Shown one piece after another: positions 26,190-38,431 of a DNA stretch of 64,000 nucleotides. The stretch is from Chlorokybus atmophyticus (taxonomy: Eukaryota; Plantae; Mesostigma and Chlorokybus algae): contig RHPI01002503.1 of NCBI GenBank assembly GCA_009103225.1, positions 1,125,076-1,189,075 on the forward strand. Reading direction: 5' to 3'. Position 1 is the first letter of the stretch. Each line of letters opens with the position of its first letter. The position numbers and the translations under genes were made by a program. Under the pieces are notes generated by a model, which was not told the origin of the DNA, made no database searches, and saw nothing but the letters and a program-made list of their open reading frames with translations.

Positions 26190-28523
26190 CACTAGCAGAT
26201 TTTCCTTAGGCGTACAATTTGTATTGAATAGAGACATACAAGGGTTGTAGTTTGATGAGTGTACAGCAGAGTTGCAGTGGGAGGAAATCAAGAGGCAAGT
26301 TCGTTGGCTTAGATCACATCAACTTGATCGGTCAGTGTGCATGTGCAACTCATCTTGCCTGGTAATTGTGCATGCGCCCTGTTACTGCCAAGCTAGTAGG
26401 CAGTGTTCTTGCTTTGTCGTTGTCATAACCATCAAAACCGTGTGAGTTGTATGTGTTAGAAGCCAGCATAGGTTTTGCATGTGGTTGCTGTGTGGTAGTG
26501 AGCGTGTGCAGGCATAATGTTTAGTACATCGGTTGAAGTATAGGTAGCTGGTGCTAGCCCCAAGTCACCATGCATCGTTGTCCCATGATTTGTACCTTAT
26601 GCATGTGGTGCAAATGCTGAAACGTAGTGCCCTTGTCGACATGCATGGCAGTTGAAGATGATGATCATCGAGTACATGGGGAGTAATGAAGTCCGCCCGT
26701 GGGACAAAGGCGACGTGTACAGTGACAACCGAGCCACAGGAAGTGTGACATGCCATGCATGCAATTACACACTGCGCGCCAATATCGCGAAGCGCTAACA
26801 AAAATGACGCAGTCACGACAAGGTGAACAACAGAGTTGTGGGAGGAGGCGGTGAGGTAGACGGAGAAGGGGGAGTCCGTTGAGTTTGCTGCTACTGCTGA
26901 CGCTAGTAGTGTAGTAGTTGTTACCACCGTGCTCACACCTGTGAGAAGTGTAGTACTGTTTCTGTGATGTGCATGTGGCATGGTGCACGTGATGCATGTG
27001 CACAATGGCACTTCACATATCATTCATGTACACTTAATGCATGTCCTATGCATGGGCATACGCAACTTGCATTCCATGTACGCGCACGCACCTCTGGCTC
27101 ACCTGGCGATTGAGTCGTTGCGGCTGGCAACCTTTTCCTCGAGCTGCACAGTAGTGCGCCTTGTTGCGCATTTAGATCTGCCTCATGGCCTCCCTGTTGC
27201 CCCTACCACCGCTGCCACCCAACCCACCTCCGCCCGCAATGGCCCCATGAGGCCTCTTGCTCTGCAACGGAAATAGGGTTTTGCTGCTCTTTCTCAGTTG
27301 TGTGATGACATCCGCTCACACGCACACACGCACACTGTGCGTGGCATGCACACGCACACACACATGCACATGTGACTTATCAATTGCTTATGCACATGCG
27401 TACAATTCTCTGTAAATCTACTCATTTGCGCAAGAAGGTGATGGTTGCCATCGTTCATCTCAACATTGACAACACATAAACATAATTAAGGTTTAAATAC
27501 CAAGGGATGGATGGTTCTTACAGAGAGAGACCACCAGCATGCCGACGCTTCTTTATAAAACTTCGCTCACCCTCCAAGTCAGAGATGAGCGAAGCTTCCA
27601 GCGCTAAGAGCCCAGTATTGGCAATCTAGCATGGTCAACAAGGATTCGATGTCTCACGCTCACAAACACCCCATCGGCAAAGGCGCGATGTCGAGGGCCC
27701 CGTGCACATGACGTCATTCGATGCCAGTTGCCAGCTCTAAGCGAAGATCGCAAAGGCTTTTTATGTCGCGTTGCTACGCAGTGTACGCTCAGGGCGCAGG
27801 CATGTGCGTCGCCAGTGTGCCAGCGGCCGGCCCGCACAGAGGCAGGGTGTAAACCACGAACTCGCAATCCCCATAATACTCTGTATGCCTCACTAACATC
27901 CACGTCCAAGAGCTGTATATGTTTCTTAGCGAAAAGTGCGCCTACTATCTTTGCTGCTGTGCACTTCTCAGTGCCAAAGTCGAAGAGCTCATATTGCGAA
28001 CATCACGCACATAGACAGCGATGTTCTCCAGGCTAGATCGCGGTGCCACACCCTTGCTGTAAGCATAGAAAAACCTAAGTTTAATAACGGACATTCACAC
28101 CCTAAAAGAACCAAAAACTATGTTCCGCTGCAAGCTTGTGCACGTGCACATACACATGTCAAGGATGCAAATTATCAAGTTGAATAAGCACAATATGCGA
28201 TACTATATCATACCTACATGAAAAGCAAGCAAGACCTCTAAGATGTTAATGAGCGGCAAGTTGCTGCAAGTCCTTCACGTCAAGGATGGGTAGCTTGCCA
28301 AGCTGTAGTGGGCCACTACTAGTCACGAGAGGTTGATTAAATTGGGGTGTAAACACAACCTTTAATGCGAGGCGCCTGGTTGCACTTGACGAGGCTACCC
28401 GCTGCAACAAGTTGCGGCAACCCCTCTATATCGTGCGTGGTGAGGCATCGCGGCAAAATTGCGCTGCACATGTGTACACAAAAACGTCTACAAACTTTTG
28501 GACCAAAAGTTACACGAAGCGGG

Positions 28524-29124
28524 NNNNNNNNNNNNNNNNNNNNNNNNNNNNNNNNNNNNNNNNNNNNNNNNNNNNNNNNNNNNNNNNNNNNNNNNNNNNN
28601 NNNNNNNNNNNNNNNNNNNNNNNNNNNNNNNNNNNNNNNNNNNNNNNNNNNNNNNNNNNNNNNNNNNNNNNNNNNNNNNNNNNNNNNNNNNNNNNNNNNN
28701 NNNNNNNNNNNNNNNNNNNNNNNNNNNNNNNNNNNNNNNNNNNNNNNNNNNNNNNNNNNNNNNNNNNNNNNNNNNNNNNNNNNNNNNNNNNNNNNNNNNN
28801 NNNNNNNNNNNNNNNNNNNNNNNNNNNNNNNNNNNNNNNNNNNNNNNNNNNNNNNNNNNNNNNNNNNNNNNNNNNNNNNNNNNNNNNNNNNNNNNNNNNN
28901 NNNNNNNNNNNNNNNNNNNNNNNNNNNNNNNNNNNNNNNNNNNNNNNNNNNNNNNNNNNNNNNNNNNNNNNNNNNNNNNNNNNNNNNNNNNNNNNNNNNN
29001 NNNNNNNNNNNNNNNNNNNNNNNNNNNNNNNNNNNNNNNNNNNNNNNNNNNNNNNNNNNNNNNNNNNNNNNNNNNNNNNNNNNNNNNNNNNNNNNNNNNN
29101 NNNNNNNNNNNNNNNNNNNNNNNN
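28524..29124. other. Assembly gap (601 N) flanked by G-rich sequence
   Basis: Run of N. Confidence 1.
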
Positions 29125-31042
29125 GGGGGGGCGGGCGGGCTGAGTACTCTACAAGTGAGTTTGTACAGAGAATGTGCATCGACACTAATGATAGCAAAAG
29201 TGTTTACCTATTGCAAACACCCAACATGTAGGCAGTTGCTTGCGACCATTAACATGTTTTTGGTGCGGCACGTGGGTTGGTATCGGTGTACTCGAGGAAG
29301 CAACCTTCATGAAGAAGACCCGCCAGCCACGCGAAATTCATCAGCAACATTCATCACCTTCGAACATGTTGTCGCCTTCAGAGTGACAGCATGTTCTGCA
29401 AAAAGTCTTACCACTGAGCAAAGTTCGAGTTATTTAAACACAATCATGTACGTTCTTAGATTTGTGACTATTATTGAATGTCTAATTATAACGCATCAGT
29501 GCTGCATGAGTGGCATCGCAGTGATATATACACACACAGTCCATTGCAATTCCACTCACCGACATGTCACATACGGTTAATGCAGACGAATTTGTGAAGT
29601 GCATTACTGAAACGTTCAACCAACTCATGTCAAGTGATAACGCCATTGTAAACATGTGTTTTTATCGGCGATAAGCAGATGATTACTTGATAGCTGGCAC
29701 GCGAGGGACTCGCACAATCTGTTGGTGATTATATCAATGATAATAATTTGCACAAGTCTTTGCTTAACGTAACTGTGTAAATATAAAACTGTAAGTTACA
29801 TAAATGAAGGCCTCTGAATGGTCTGAGGCACATTGCCATGTGACTCATGCTAATTCAAGTGCCTTGTTTAGTCGCTTGGCACGCGCCATACCTCATGGCA
29901 CGAGTATTACGCGAGATGTTGTGACATCAATACCAAATCATCATCATTTGCAAATCTTGAGTTGTATCATTGTTATCATGTCTATGCAACTGCTCTTTGC
30001 TGTTCTTAGCAATAATAGCATGCAAATTAATTTGTAATGCAATTCATAAGTGCAAGGGCGCCCTCTTGCAGCGTTAGTGCATACGCAATGCTTTAACGAA
30101 CGGCACGGTGAGCACTCGTGTTAGTTGTAATGGGATGCATGTGTGTGCCCATCGCGTGTCACAAATGAAGAAATTCTTACTTCAAAAGCAATGTTGCTAG
30201 CACTTTAAAGGAAAAGTGATGCATCAGTAAATGCATTGATTATTGGTTGTCATAGCGTGAATTCACCTCACATAAGGGAACCATCGTAACGCGCACGGCT
30301 TTAATTAGGAGACTGTGTTTAAAGTGACTGTTTTACCAGCTTTTAAAATATGAAAACTCTATATATTGCAACATTTATTATTTATTAGCGCGCAACAGAT
30401 ATTGCAAAAGTGTAATACATTTATCATTTTTGCACTAGGCTTGGCACACATTTGTCAATCGTTTGCAACTCCAAGCGCGTGACAAATACTGCCACGATAA
30501 CATTTGACGAGATGCTCGCGCCGCTGCTCAGAACGCAATCATGTTGATACTGTTCGTCAAAGCGCGCTTGCAGCACTGCATGCTTAGTTGGCAGACGCGC
30601 GGCTGAGTATGGCGGCAAACTTACATCCATATCCCGCCGTGCAAAAGCATGCTTGAACAATTTAACCGTAAAGGGAAATATCACTATTTACAATAGCGTA
30701 TATGACATGTGCAGCGGAAATCAAAAGACGAGGGGTGCGTTGTGCCTGTGGGCGGAGCGGGATTAGGAGGGCATACGCGTGCACTTTAAGACACCAGTGC
30801 GGCAAGTGGTGTGTACATTGTTGCTGAGGAGGTTGCATGCACATGCATATGACACACGTCGCAATATGTTTTCCCTGCCGGCCGACTAAATATTGGCAAC
30901 GGCCGTGCACCTGAGGACGCTAATTTAGACTGTCGTGGCTCAGGCCACCTGTAATCTTGATACAGGGACCTAATAGTAACTTTCGTTACTGTAAGGCCCT
31001 TTTTGTTACAATTTAGTCTTTAACAGTTGACTATGCCTAACT

Positions 31043-31325
31043 AACAGGCGCCTGTTAGTTACCTATCAGGCCTTAACAGGTGACTTTATATAATTAACAG
31101 GCACCTGTTAGTCACACACCAGGCCTTAACAAATGACTTTGTGTAATTTACAGGCAACTGTTAGTTACACATCAGGCCTTATTAGGTGACTACAACTAAT
31201 CAACGGGCACCTGTAAGTTACACATCAGTCTTACCTAGGTGACTCAGCCTATGTGACAGGCACCTGCAGGTTACACACCAGTCCAGCGCAGGCGACTAAG
31301 CCTAATTCACAAGCACCAACTAGGT
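31043..31325. repeat. Left subterminal tandem array: six degenerate copies of a 53-bp unit, each with an AACAGG-NN-CCTGTT-type palindrome
   Basis: Unit starts at 31043, 31096, 31149, 31202, 31255 and 31308, an exact 53-bp period. Confidence 0.9.
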
Positions 31326-31665
31326 AATTATCGTCAAAATAAGGCATTCTTTAACAACTGAAGGTGACCAATGCCTAACTGTCGTCATATGTATTTGCAT
31401 AGCTTGACTACACGCGACTGTCACTGACTTCCAGCATTGTTATGTGCCTGTGCTGTGTACATGTACCTGAAATGTGTACAGTGTCTCTCAGTCACTTGCC
31501 AAGGCTTGTAGTTCGATTATGTGACTCGAATGCAGTTCTGTTGTATATCATAGGGATGCAAGTATTGATGTGCATGAGCATAATGACGATTGACTGAGCT
31601 GGTTTAAGATGCACAACACTCAGTCACAAGAGCCTTGTAGCTATGTACACTACCAGCTAAACGGA

Positions 31666-33499
31666 CTACCAACTGCGCTTCAGCTCCTCTCCATCATCGC
31701 TGGTCTCGTCATTACGGAACAAAGCACCACGCGCTGGGGCCTGTGGAGGAGACGCCGGAGCTTGCTCTTCCTCCTTAAACGGTTGTGCCAGCCAATCAAA
31801 TGCCGCTTCTGCCTCAGCGAGCGGGTCACGAGCTGCTGTCTCTTGCGGCCGGCGCCGATTGGGATCTTTCAGGTATTCGACACAAGATGCAGTGTGGCGT
31901 TTCACAAGGGTGAATGGCTGGAGGGCTGCGTACCATTGCCTCATCTCCCGCTTCATTGACATGATCATGGTGTTGATTTCGCTGAGGTAATCTTCATGTG
32001 TGTCTATGCTGGCAGCTAGGAGAGGGTCTCCATCCTTGCCCTTTAGGATGCGCTCCACCTGCGTAGTTTACAGGCATGTCTTTGTGGCATCGAAAGCCAC
32101 TATTCACTGCAACGCGTCTGCAAGCCTGTAGTTTGGGGCTACATCGTTCCTGAATTGCTAATGATGGAGTTCAGAGTGCTCACCGTAAGCAACAGGTATG
32201 TGAGGTGGTTGACTGTCAGCTGCCGGCGACCAGGTGTAGTGACGGCGTAAGACCAGTATTGCACGATCATTTGCCAGATTATGGGATTGCCCCATTCATG
32301 GATGTATCTCCTCCGCTCCGGGTCTGCAGTGTCGGTCACCTCAAATCTCCGCCATGACTTGTCTGCGACAGTCATACCGACAAGGCATTAGTCACGAAAT
32401 AGATAGTTCAAGTTGAGCCTGCACCAGGCTAGAATAGTGCCTGTGACTTACTTTGGAGCGCGTTGCGCATCTGGGCTTTTTGGGTCTCGGGGTCCATTAG
32501 GGCGTCGATGTGCCTGATTGAATCGGTTACAATAGGCGAGATGAGTACGTGTGTATGGAGGCTGAGTAAGAAGGCAGTGTTGCATAGCAGACATGGTGGT
32601 GAGGGACCCAACTCACTTGCGCTTGTTGCTGTTAAACAGTGTCCACTTGTACTCCTTCTCAAGGACATGCTTGATCTTGGTGACGTTCTCAGACCGGACC
32701 TGCGTAGCTTTCTTCAGGGCGACACTCCAGTGGAAGGGGCACTCCTTGGGAGTCCAGTACACCTCATAGAACTTGGCCGCATCGGCCTCGTCGTCATGGT
32801 CGAAGCCAACTACCTGTCACGGGCAGGTTGGTCAGTGTCACGGTGCAGTGCGGTCATGAAGCATTCACAGCACCTGACACATGACGTTACGAATAGTGTC
32901 CTCCTTGGGATAAACGTGGCTCTCTACCCAGTGGCCCTTTATGATTTCGGCATCTCGCAAATGCTGTCCACAGAAGAACAATCCGTTACACACATCCACA
33001 CAGTGTCACAGTGTCACACAGTGCTTACCTCGTTGCCAATCTTCCACTTGCTTGGGGAAGGGTTGCTGACGGCCGAGGTTGCCACGTCACGGCCAAATGC
33101 GTTTGGGTTGGGGGTTCCAATCGACCCTCTGCAAGCACAACCACATGAGTCATGCTGCCAGCCATGAAAGATGCAACCCTCACAGTTGCAAAAGAAGAAC
33201 AACGTGCACAGTGTATCCAGAACGCATGCAGTGAGTCACTGTGCTAGTCATGATAGAAGCAAGCATCCAAGTTAGAAGTTGAGCAAGAAGCAACGTGCAC
33301 AGTGCATCAAGAACGCATGCAGTCTAGCTTGCCCTTGCGACTGCGGTGTCAGGTGGAGTTGTTGTGATGTGCTGGGCGTTAGCGCGGGGTCTTGCTGCGA
33401 TTGGTTGGCGAAGATTGCCTGGTTGAACACTGGGGGCAATGTGGACAACTGGCGCCGATCTCCACAACGAGGTGCACTTACGGATGGACCACGAGGCAT
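31666..33499 (-). CDS. Transposon gene A: multi-exon orphan (roughly 450-500 aa), no recognised domain
   Basis: ATG 33499 (MPRGPSV). Exons such as VDVCNGLFFCGQHLRDAEII, VVGFDHDDEADAAKFYEVYWTPKE, KSWRRFEVTDTADPERRRYIHEWGNPIIWQM and VERILKGKDGDPLL are joined by GT-AG introns. Stop at 31666-31668. Confidence 0.7.
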
Positions 33500-33679
33500 C
33501 TCTCCAACTGATAGTCGGGTGCCGCCCGTTTAGCTGTAAGTGGCGCTGCCGCCTCCAACGCTGCCGCCGCCGGTTGGCCCGCCCGAATGTATGAGGCGCG
33601 AAAACGAAAATGAGGCGGTTTTGAACGTCTAGAGTCCCGCACTAGAGTCGCACTTGTAGTGCGTCCTTGCTCCTATGGT

Positions 33680-33850
33680 TGATGGTACGACTTATGCATT
33701 CGTGCCATGCATGCTTCGTACAACTATTGTTACCAATGGTTGTGTCGTAACATTTATGGTACGACAGAGGCATCTCTCGTCCGACCCCAGCAATTGCCGT
33801 ACAATGGCTCTGTCGTACCATCCATAGTACGACAGAGGCATTGCTCGATC
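33680..33850. promoter_or_regulatory. GTAC-motif cluster between divergent genes A and B
   Basis: At least six GTAC cores (ATGGTACGA twice, TTCGTACAA, CCGTACAA, TCGTACCAT, AGTACGA) in about 170 bp. Confidence 0.5.
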
Positions 33851-34095
33851 AGCCGAAATGGGAGTTAGCATGCACTCACCCAAACACGCTTCATTGATGG
33901 CCGGATGATGGCACGCAGGGGCACCAGGTCGATGACGGGTCGAATGTCAGGCTTGATGGGCCTGGGTTCGACTAGGAGGCGGAAGACCAGGAGTCGGAGG
34001 AGGCGGCGGCGGCGGCGGCGGCGTGGCACATCTTGCGAGAAGTTGTGGTTGTAAGAGTTCAAGCAGCGAAGCCAGCTACTACCGGTCGCCACGTC

Positions 34096-37000
34096 ATGGA
34101 TCATGGCAGGCGTCAGCAATGGGGCTGTCCAACATGCATCACCAACATTGGACAAACCAGCAGGCAAGCCATTAAAGACCATCTTCACACAGAGAGCTGC
34201 TTGGTGGCTCGCTTTCTGCAACAGGGAGTGGATCAGGAGCTGCAGTCCTTGGAGCCCCTTGTCAGAACCATGCGGGACCAGTTGCGGCTGTGGGAACAAG
34301 CACAAAGGAATGCAGAGGTACGCTCAACAGTCACATGCATTTCCTTGCAAGAGCAATTTGTTTTTTAGCGCAGTCCATGTGATATATGTAGCGTGGCTGC
34401 AGGCCTCCACTATTCACCCATACCCACCCTACAGTCAAGCCGACATTGCGGAAGCAAGAGCAGATAGACAGAGCTGGGCGGCGGTATGTTGTTGCCAATC
34501 TCGCTGTGCATGTTGACTGCAATGTCGGCTCCAATGCATGCCTACCTTTCCATGCTAGGATGTGCGTGAGCGTGCGAAGTCGCGCGCGCGTGCCGAACGA
34601 AGTAGGCTGGGTTTGAGCACAGGAGCGCGTGGCCATTCGTCCGGCATTCAACCAATAGTGCATCAACCAGCAATGACGCAGTCCATGCAATCATTCGTGC
34701 ATCAACCAGCAATGCCGCAGGTGACTGTTCGAAGCAATCAACTGATGACGGTGTGACGCAGTTGACTATTGCAATTGCAGTGTCGCAAGCATGCAGCTAA
34801 CCCACATGTGATTGGTTGACAGCACCACAGTGCACTAAGTCCTGTTGGAGCTCCTATGCAAGCCTGGATTCAATCCCATCAACTGGTCCTTCAATCCCAC
34901 TTGCTGATGGGCGCGGCGGCAATGCGGCATCAGTTTAACATGCATGTTGGCCTGTTGAATCCCGACATGTCCATTGGGGCAGTGGCGCATGATGTGCCCA
35001 TGGCTCAAGAGCTCCGTGACGAGTCTGCCATCGAGGGTGGCGGGGAGAGTGCAGCCAATACCACCTTGTCAGCCCCCATGGCTTCCCCTGCTCCATGCAG
35101 CCCACGGGCCATTGAGGTAAGTCGCTGTCTTTTATGCTCGTGCCTTGGTAACAATGCGTCAGGCACTGCATAAGCTTATATTCGTCCTTTGCAACATTGT
35201 GAGCCATCTTATCCTGGGTCCTGTATACAGCCCCCCTTGCTGCATGCACAAGTGGTCTCACCTGCAGCTCCTGCTCCCCTCCCAGCCAGAGCGCAACCAC
35301 CTTCCGCGGCACCAGTCCTTCGTGCACTGCCATCTCCTCCACGAGCAGCACCGGTGATTGCGGGGCAACAATCCTTCTTGCCGCCACCGGCGAGACCACA
35401 GCACAATGCAACAACCGATGTGGCTTCTGCACCTACCTTACCCCACCCGCTGCAAGTTGAAGCCGGCAGTCTGCCCCAAACTCAGGTACTTTATCAGTCA
35501 CTGTGACTCTTGCCGTCCACAGTTGGACACACCATGTGAGTGCTGTATGCGCATGCAGCAGGGGTCACCACCTGCCAGCGAGTCATCAGAGGAGCTGGCC
35601 GCAACCCGCATACGGCCATCCGTCATGCTAGGTGGCCAGCTCGCTTCATGGGACCACTTCAATGCGCCAACGGATGGTAACTGCTTCTACCATTGTGTAT
35701 TTCGCGCCAGGCCATCCATAGCGCAAAGTGTCCTGGATGATCACAAGTGCCCCAGCTCGAGCAGATTTTGGGCCATGCTGGACACCATGGACGACGACGG
35801 CAGGGGGCACACTCTCCGCAAAATCACCGCCAAGGCTGTCGATGCAGGCGTGGCGAGCAGAATCCTAGACTTCTGCAGAGCCACTGGTGCCGCGGGAGAG
35901 ATGGCGCAGTATTACGACAAACTGCCTGCGACCATGTTGGCTGATATCAACTGCAACATTGACCTAGCCATGGCCAAGGTGCGACAGATCGTGCGGAAAA
36001 AAAAATGTGTACGTCGAGCACCTGCAGATGACCATGTTTGCCAACAAGCTGGGCTTGTTAATTGGCTGCGTGACCGTTCAGCGCGAGCATGGGGAGTGGG
36101 TGCCACGGCCCGGCAGCGCAGTTTGGGTTGGAAATAAAGAAGCCCCCAACTCAGTCCTGGTGGTGGGCAACACTGCTCCTAATGAGCCAGAAGCACACTT
36201 TTGGCTCCTCAAGCCTGCAAGCACCGAACAGTGGTCGTGGCCTATGTTTGAAGTGCCACCGGAGGTAACGCACCTGATCGGAGAGTGGCGGCATGACGTT
36301 GCCAATTTCCCGCTACCACCGGCTGTGACCCAAAGTGCTGCGCCAACCCCTCAGGCCTCGCCTTCGTGTGCTAGGCAAGAAGTAGCCGAGTGTTCTGCAC
36401 ATCCTGCCTCCCCTCAACCACAGCCACATGCTCGCAATCCCAATTCAGCACCCTCCCTTCCTGCCGCGGAGACTCACTTGCCACCGCACTCTGACCATCC
36501 GGAGGCATCTCCATCAAGAAGCAGCTGTAGCTCGCCCTCTCCCTCTAAGCTTGCCACATTGATCCCAGCCTGTCTTGTTGGTAAAGAGATTGATCGAGGT
36601 GTCCTGAAAGCTGCGCTGAAAGACAAAGGCTTCATGCTCGACCTCATGAAGCAACATGAGGTCGTGGAGGAACGGGAGGCAACCAACAAGCGCAAGGCTG
36701 TAGAGCAAGAAGATAACGCCTTACCTCCTCTGAGTGACAATGCCACGGAGAGCGCCTGCCAGGATGTGCAGGGTGACAAAAAAAAGAAGAAGAAGGTTGT
36801 TGGAACAAAGGACGCTGACAGGACCAAAAAAGGAAAGGTGAGGCATCGTTACAACATTAGAAGAAGCGCAGCGCCTTGAAGCCTCACTGGGGCTGACTGT
36901 GTGTCCTGAGTAGGCACAGGCGGGTTTACAGCGTCAAGTGGCTGCTCAGCATCGTCCAGAGAGACAGCCGGTGCGGCACGAGCTGCCTAAGCTCAAAGCA

Positions 37001-37948
37001 CCGACGCGCAGACGCTTTGGGGGGCTGACTCGTAGTGCAAAGGAGTTGATCACCCTACAGTACGCCCAAGACGCGCTGCATCACCGCATGCGGCATGCCT
37101 CGAGGTGGGTGACAAAAGTATGCAATAAGTGGGAGCAAACGCGGAGAGTGCGGTCTAAACAGACCTCAGAAGATTGGCCGTGGTTGGAACCCATACACGA
37201 TATGGCCATCCGTAGTACGTTGTTGCCCCTCGCCGTCCTCGATATGATGGTCTTGTTGCTGCCGCAGCAACCCGGCAATGTGCAAGAGCTATCCGCGGAG
37301 CAGAACTTCGACCTGCTGCAGCAGATGTACCTGTCGATGTCGACTAATGCGGGTCGAGATGTGTGCCACTACCTGAGCAAACATACTGGGTGGCAAGTAA
37401 AACCATTCGAGCTGTACTTGGCATGCTTTGGCTGGCAGTGGCTGTATGTCATACGGCACGTCGAGCTGATTCTGTGGAAGCTCGAAGAAAATGACGATGC
37501 GGGGGAGTACACGAGTGACGACAGCCATGTCGAGGGCCTGGATGAACGCATGCTGGACGAGACCACCAAGACCAGCAGGTGGTGTATGGCGGCAGATGGG
37601 CGTCAGGTGATCGAGCAGGCAGTGGAGCGTTATGCTGCGCCATTCAGATGGGAGTCGCTACGCCTGCGACGCGATAACAGAGTTTGGTGGCAGAGGCTGC
37701 TTGCACACCTGCGTGCACCATGTGTGCTGATTTGTCGCATTGAAGAGCCACCCCCCCCAGCGGATGGGGAGACGCCCTGTTGCAAGAAAGCGATGTGCCA
37801 TGTCTGCATCATAGCACATCAGAAGACTGTGGCAAATAAATCAAAGAATCTACAAGCGTGTCCATTCTGCAAGCAACCTCACCCGTTTTGGTCGCCACGC
37901 CTGATGCAAGACGCCAACGTGTCGGCGGTGATTTGGCCCCCGCCTTGA
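34096..37948 (+). CDS. Transposon gene B: C2HC zinc finger, Pro-rich linker, OTU-like cysteine protease, basic stretch, helical region and C-terminal RING-like finger (about 1,100 aa); one +1 frame break at 35997-36005
   Basis: ATG 34096. Phase-0 GT-AG introns link exons. OTU DGNCFY at 35673-35690 and EAHF with His at 36196. Intron 36838-36913 (AAG|GTGAGG...GCTGAC...TAG|GCA) joins it in frame to ORF 36938-37948, which ends with CVLIC...TPCCKKAMCHVC...CPFC. Confidence 0.72.
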
Positions 37949-38229
37949 TGCCAATTGTGCATGTATTGTAGTTTTGTGTTGGCTTCCTGTGAACCATGTA
38001 GGTACATGTATAGTTGCAGCATGGTGCATGGTGCACCAGAGATCTGCTGTTGTTAGAAGCATTGGCTGTACATGTGTATGATGACTGCCCGGCGCATGAG
38101 TCAGTGCATGGCTTGCATACCTCGCTGGTTTAGAGCGTGGTTGACAGCAACAAACTCGGACAGCGCTCTGGGTTCCATGGCATGACAGCACAGTATTACT
38201 CTACGATCGTGGTAGTATGCGAGTATCCT

Positions 38230-38390
38230 TGTACTGTAGTACCATTAACAGATAGAGTACCATTCATGTTGATGTAGTACCATGCATGGTACTGCAATAG
38301 CGTATAAGGTACTGTCGTGCTTCACTTGAAGTGTGACCCATTTAGGGTTCGTAAGCTGGCAACCCTAAATTGATGCCCATACCCTAAAGT
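38230..38390. promoter_or_regulatory. GTAC cluster plus telo-box-like motifs upstream of gene C
   Basis: Six GTAC cores in 38230-38315 (AGTACCAT three times). TTTAGGGTT (38341) and AACCCTAAA (38361) form an inverted pair; ACCCTAAA at 38381. Confidence 0.45.
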
Positions 38391-38431
38391 CTCGCTCAGT
38401 TTGTGGGCAGCCGTGCCGATTCCTATTTTGC

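Noticed and set aside
26660-26800. Short frame IIEYMG... reminiscent of a SET-domain motif
   Set aside because: Only five residues match, the frame closes after about 45 codons and there are no further SET motifs.
28330-28523. Peptide TRCNKLRQP resembling RVYNKLRQP of the PLE remnant
   Set aside because: No YxDD or other RT motifs at the expected spacing; a chance match cannot be excluded and the region ends in a gap.
31043-31325. CRISPR-like appearance of the 53-bp periodic array
   Set aside because: The whole unit is homologous between copies, so there are no unique spacers; no cas genes; eukaryotic transposon context.
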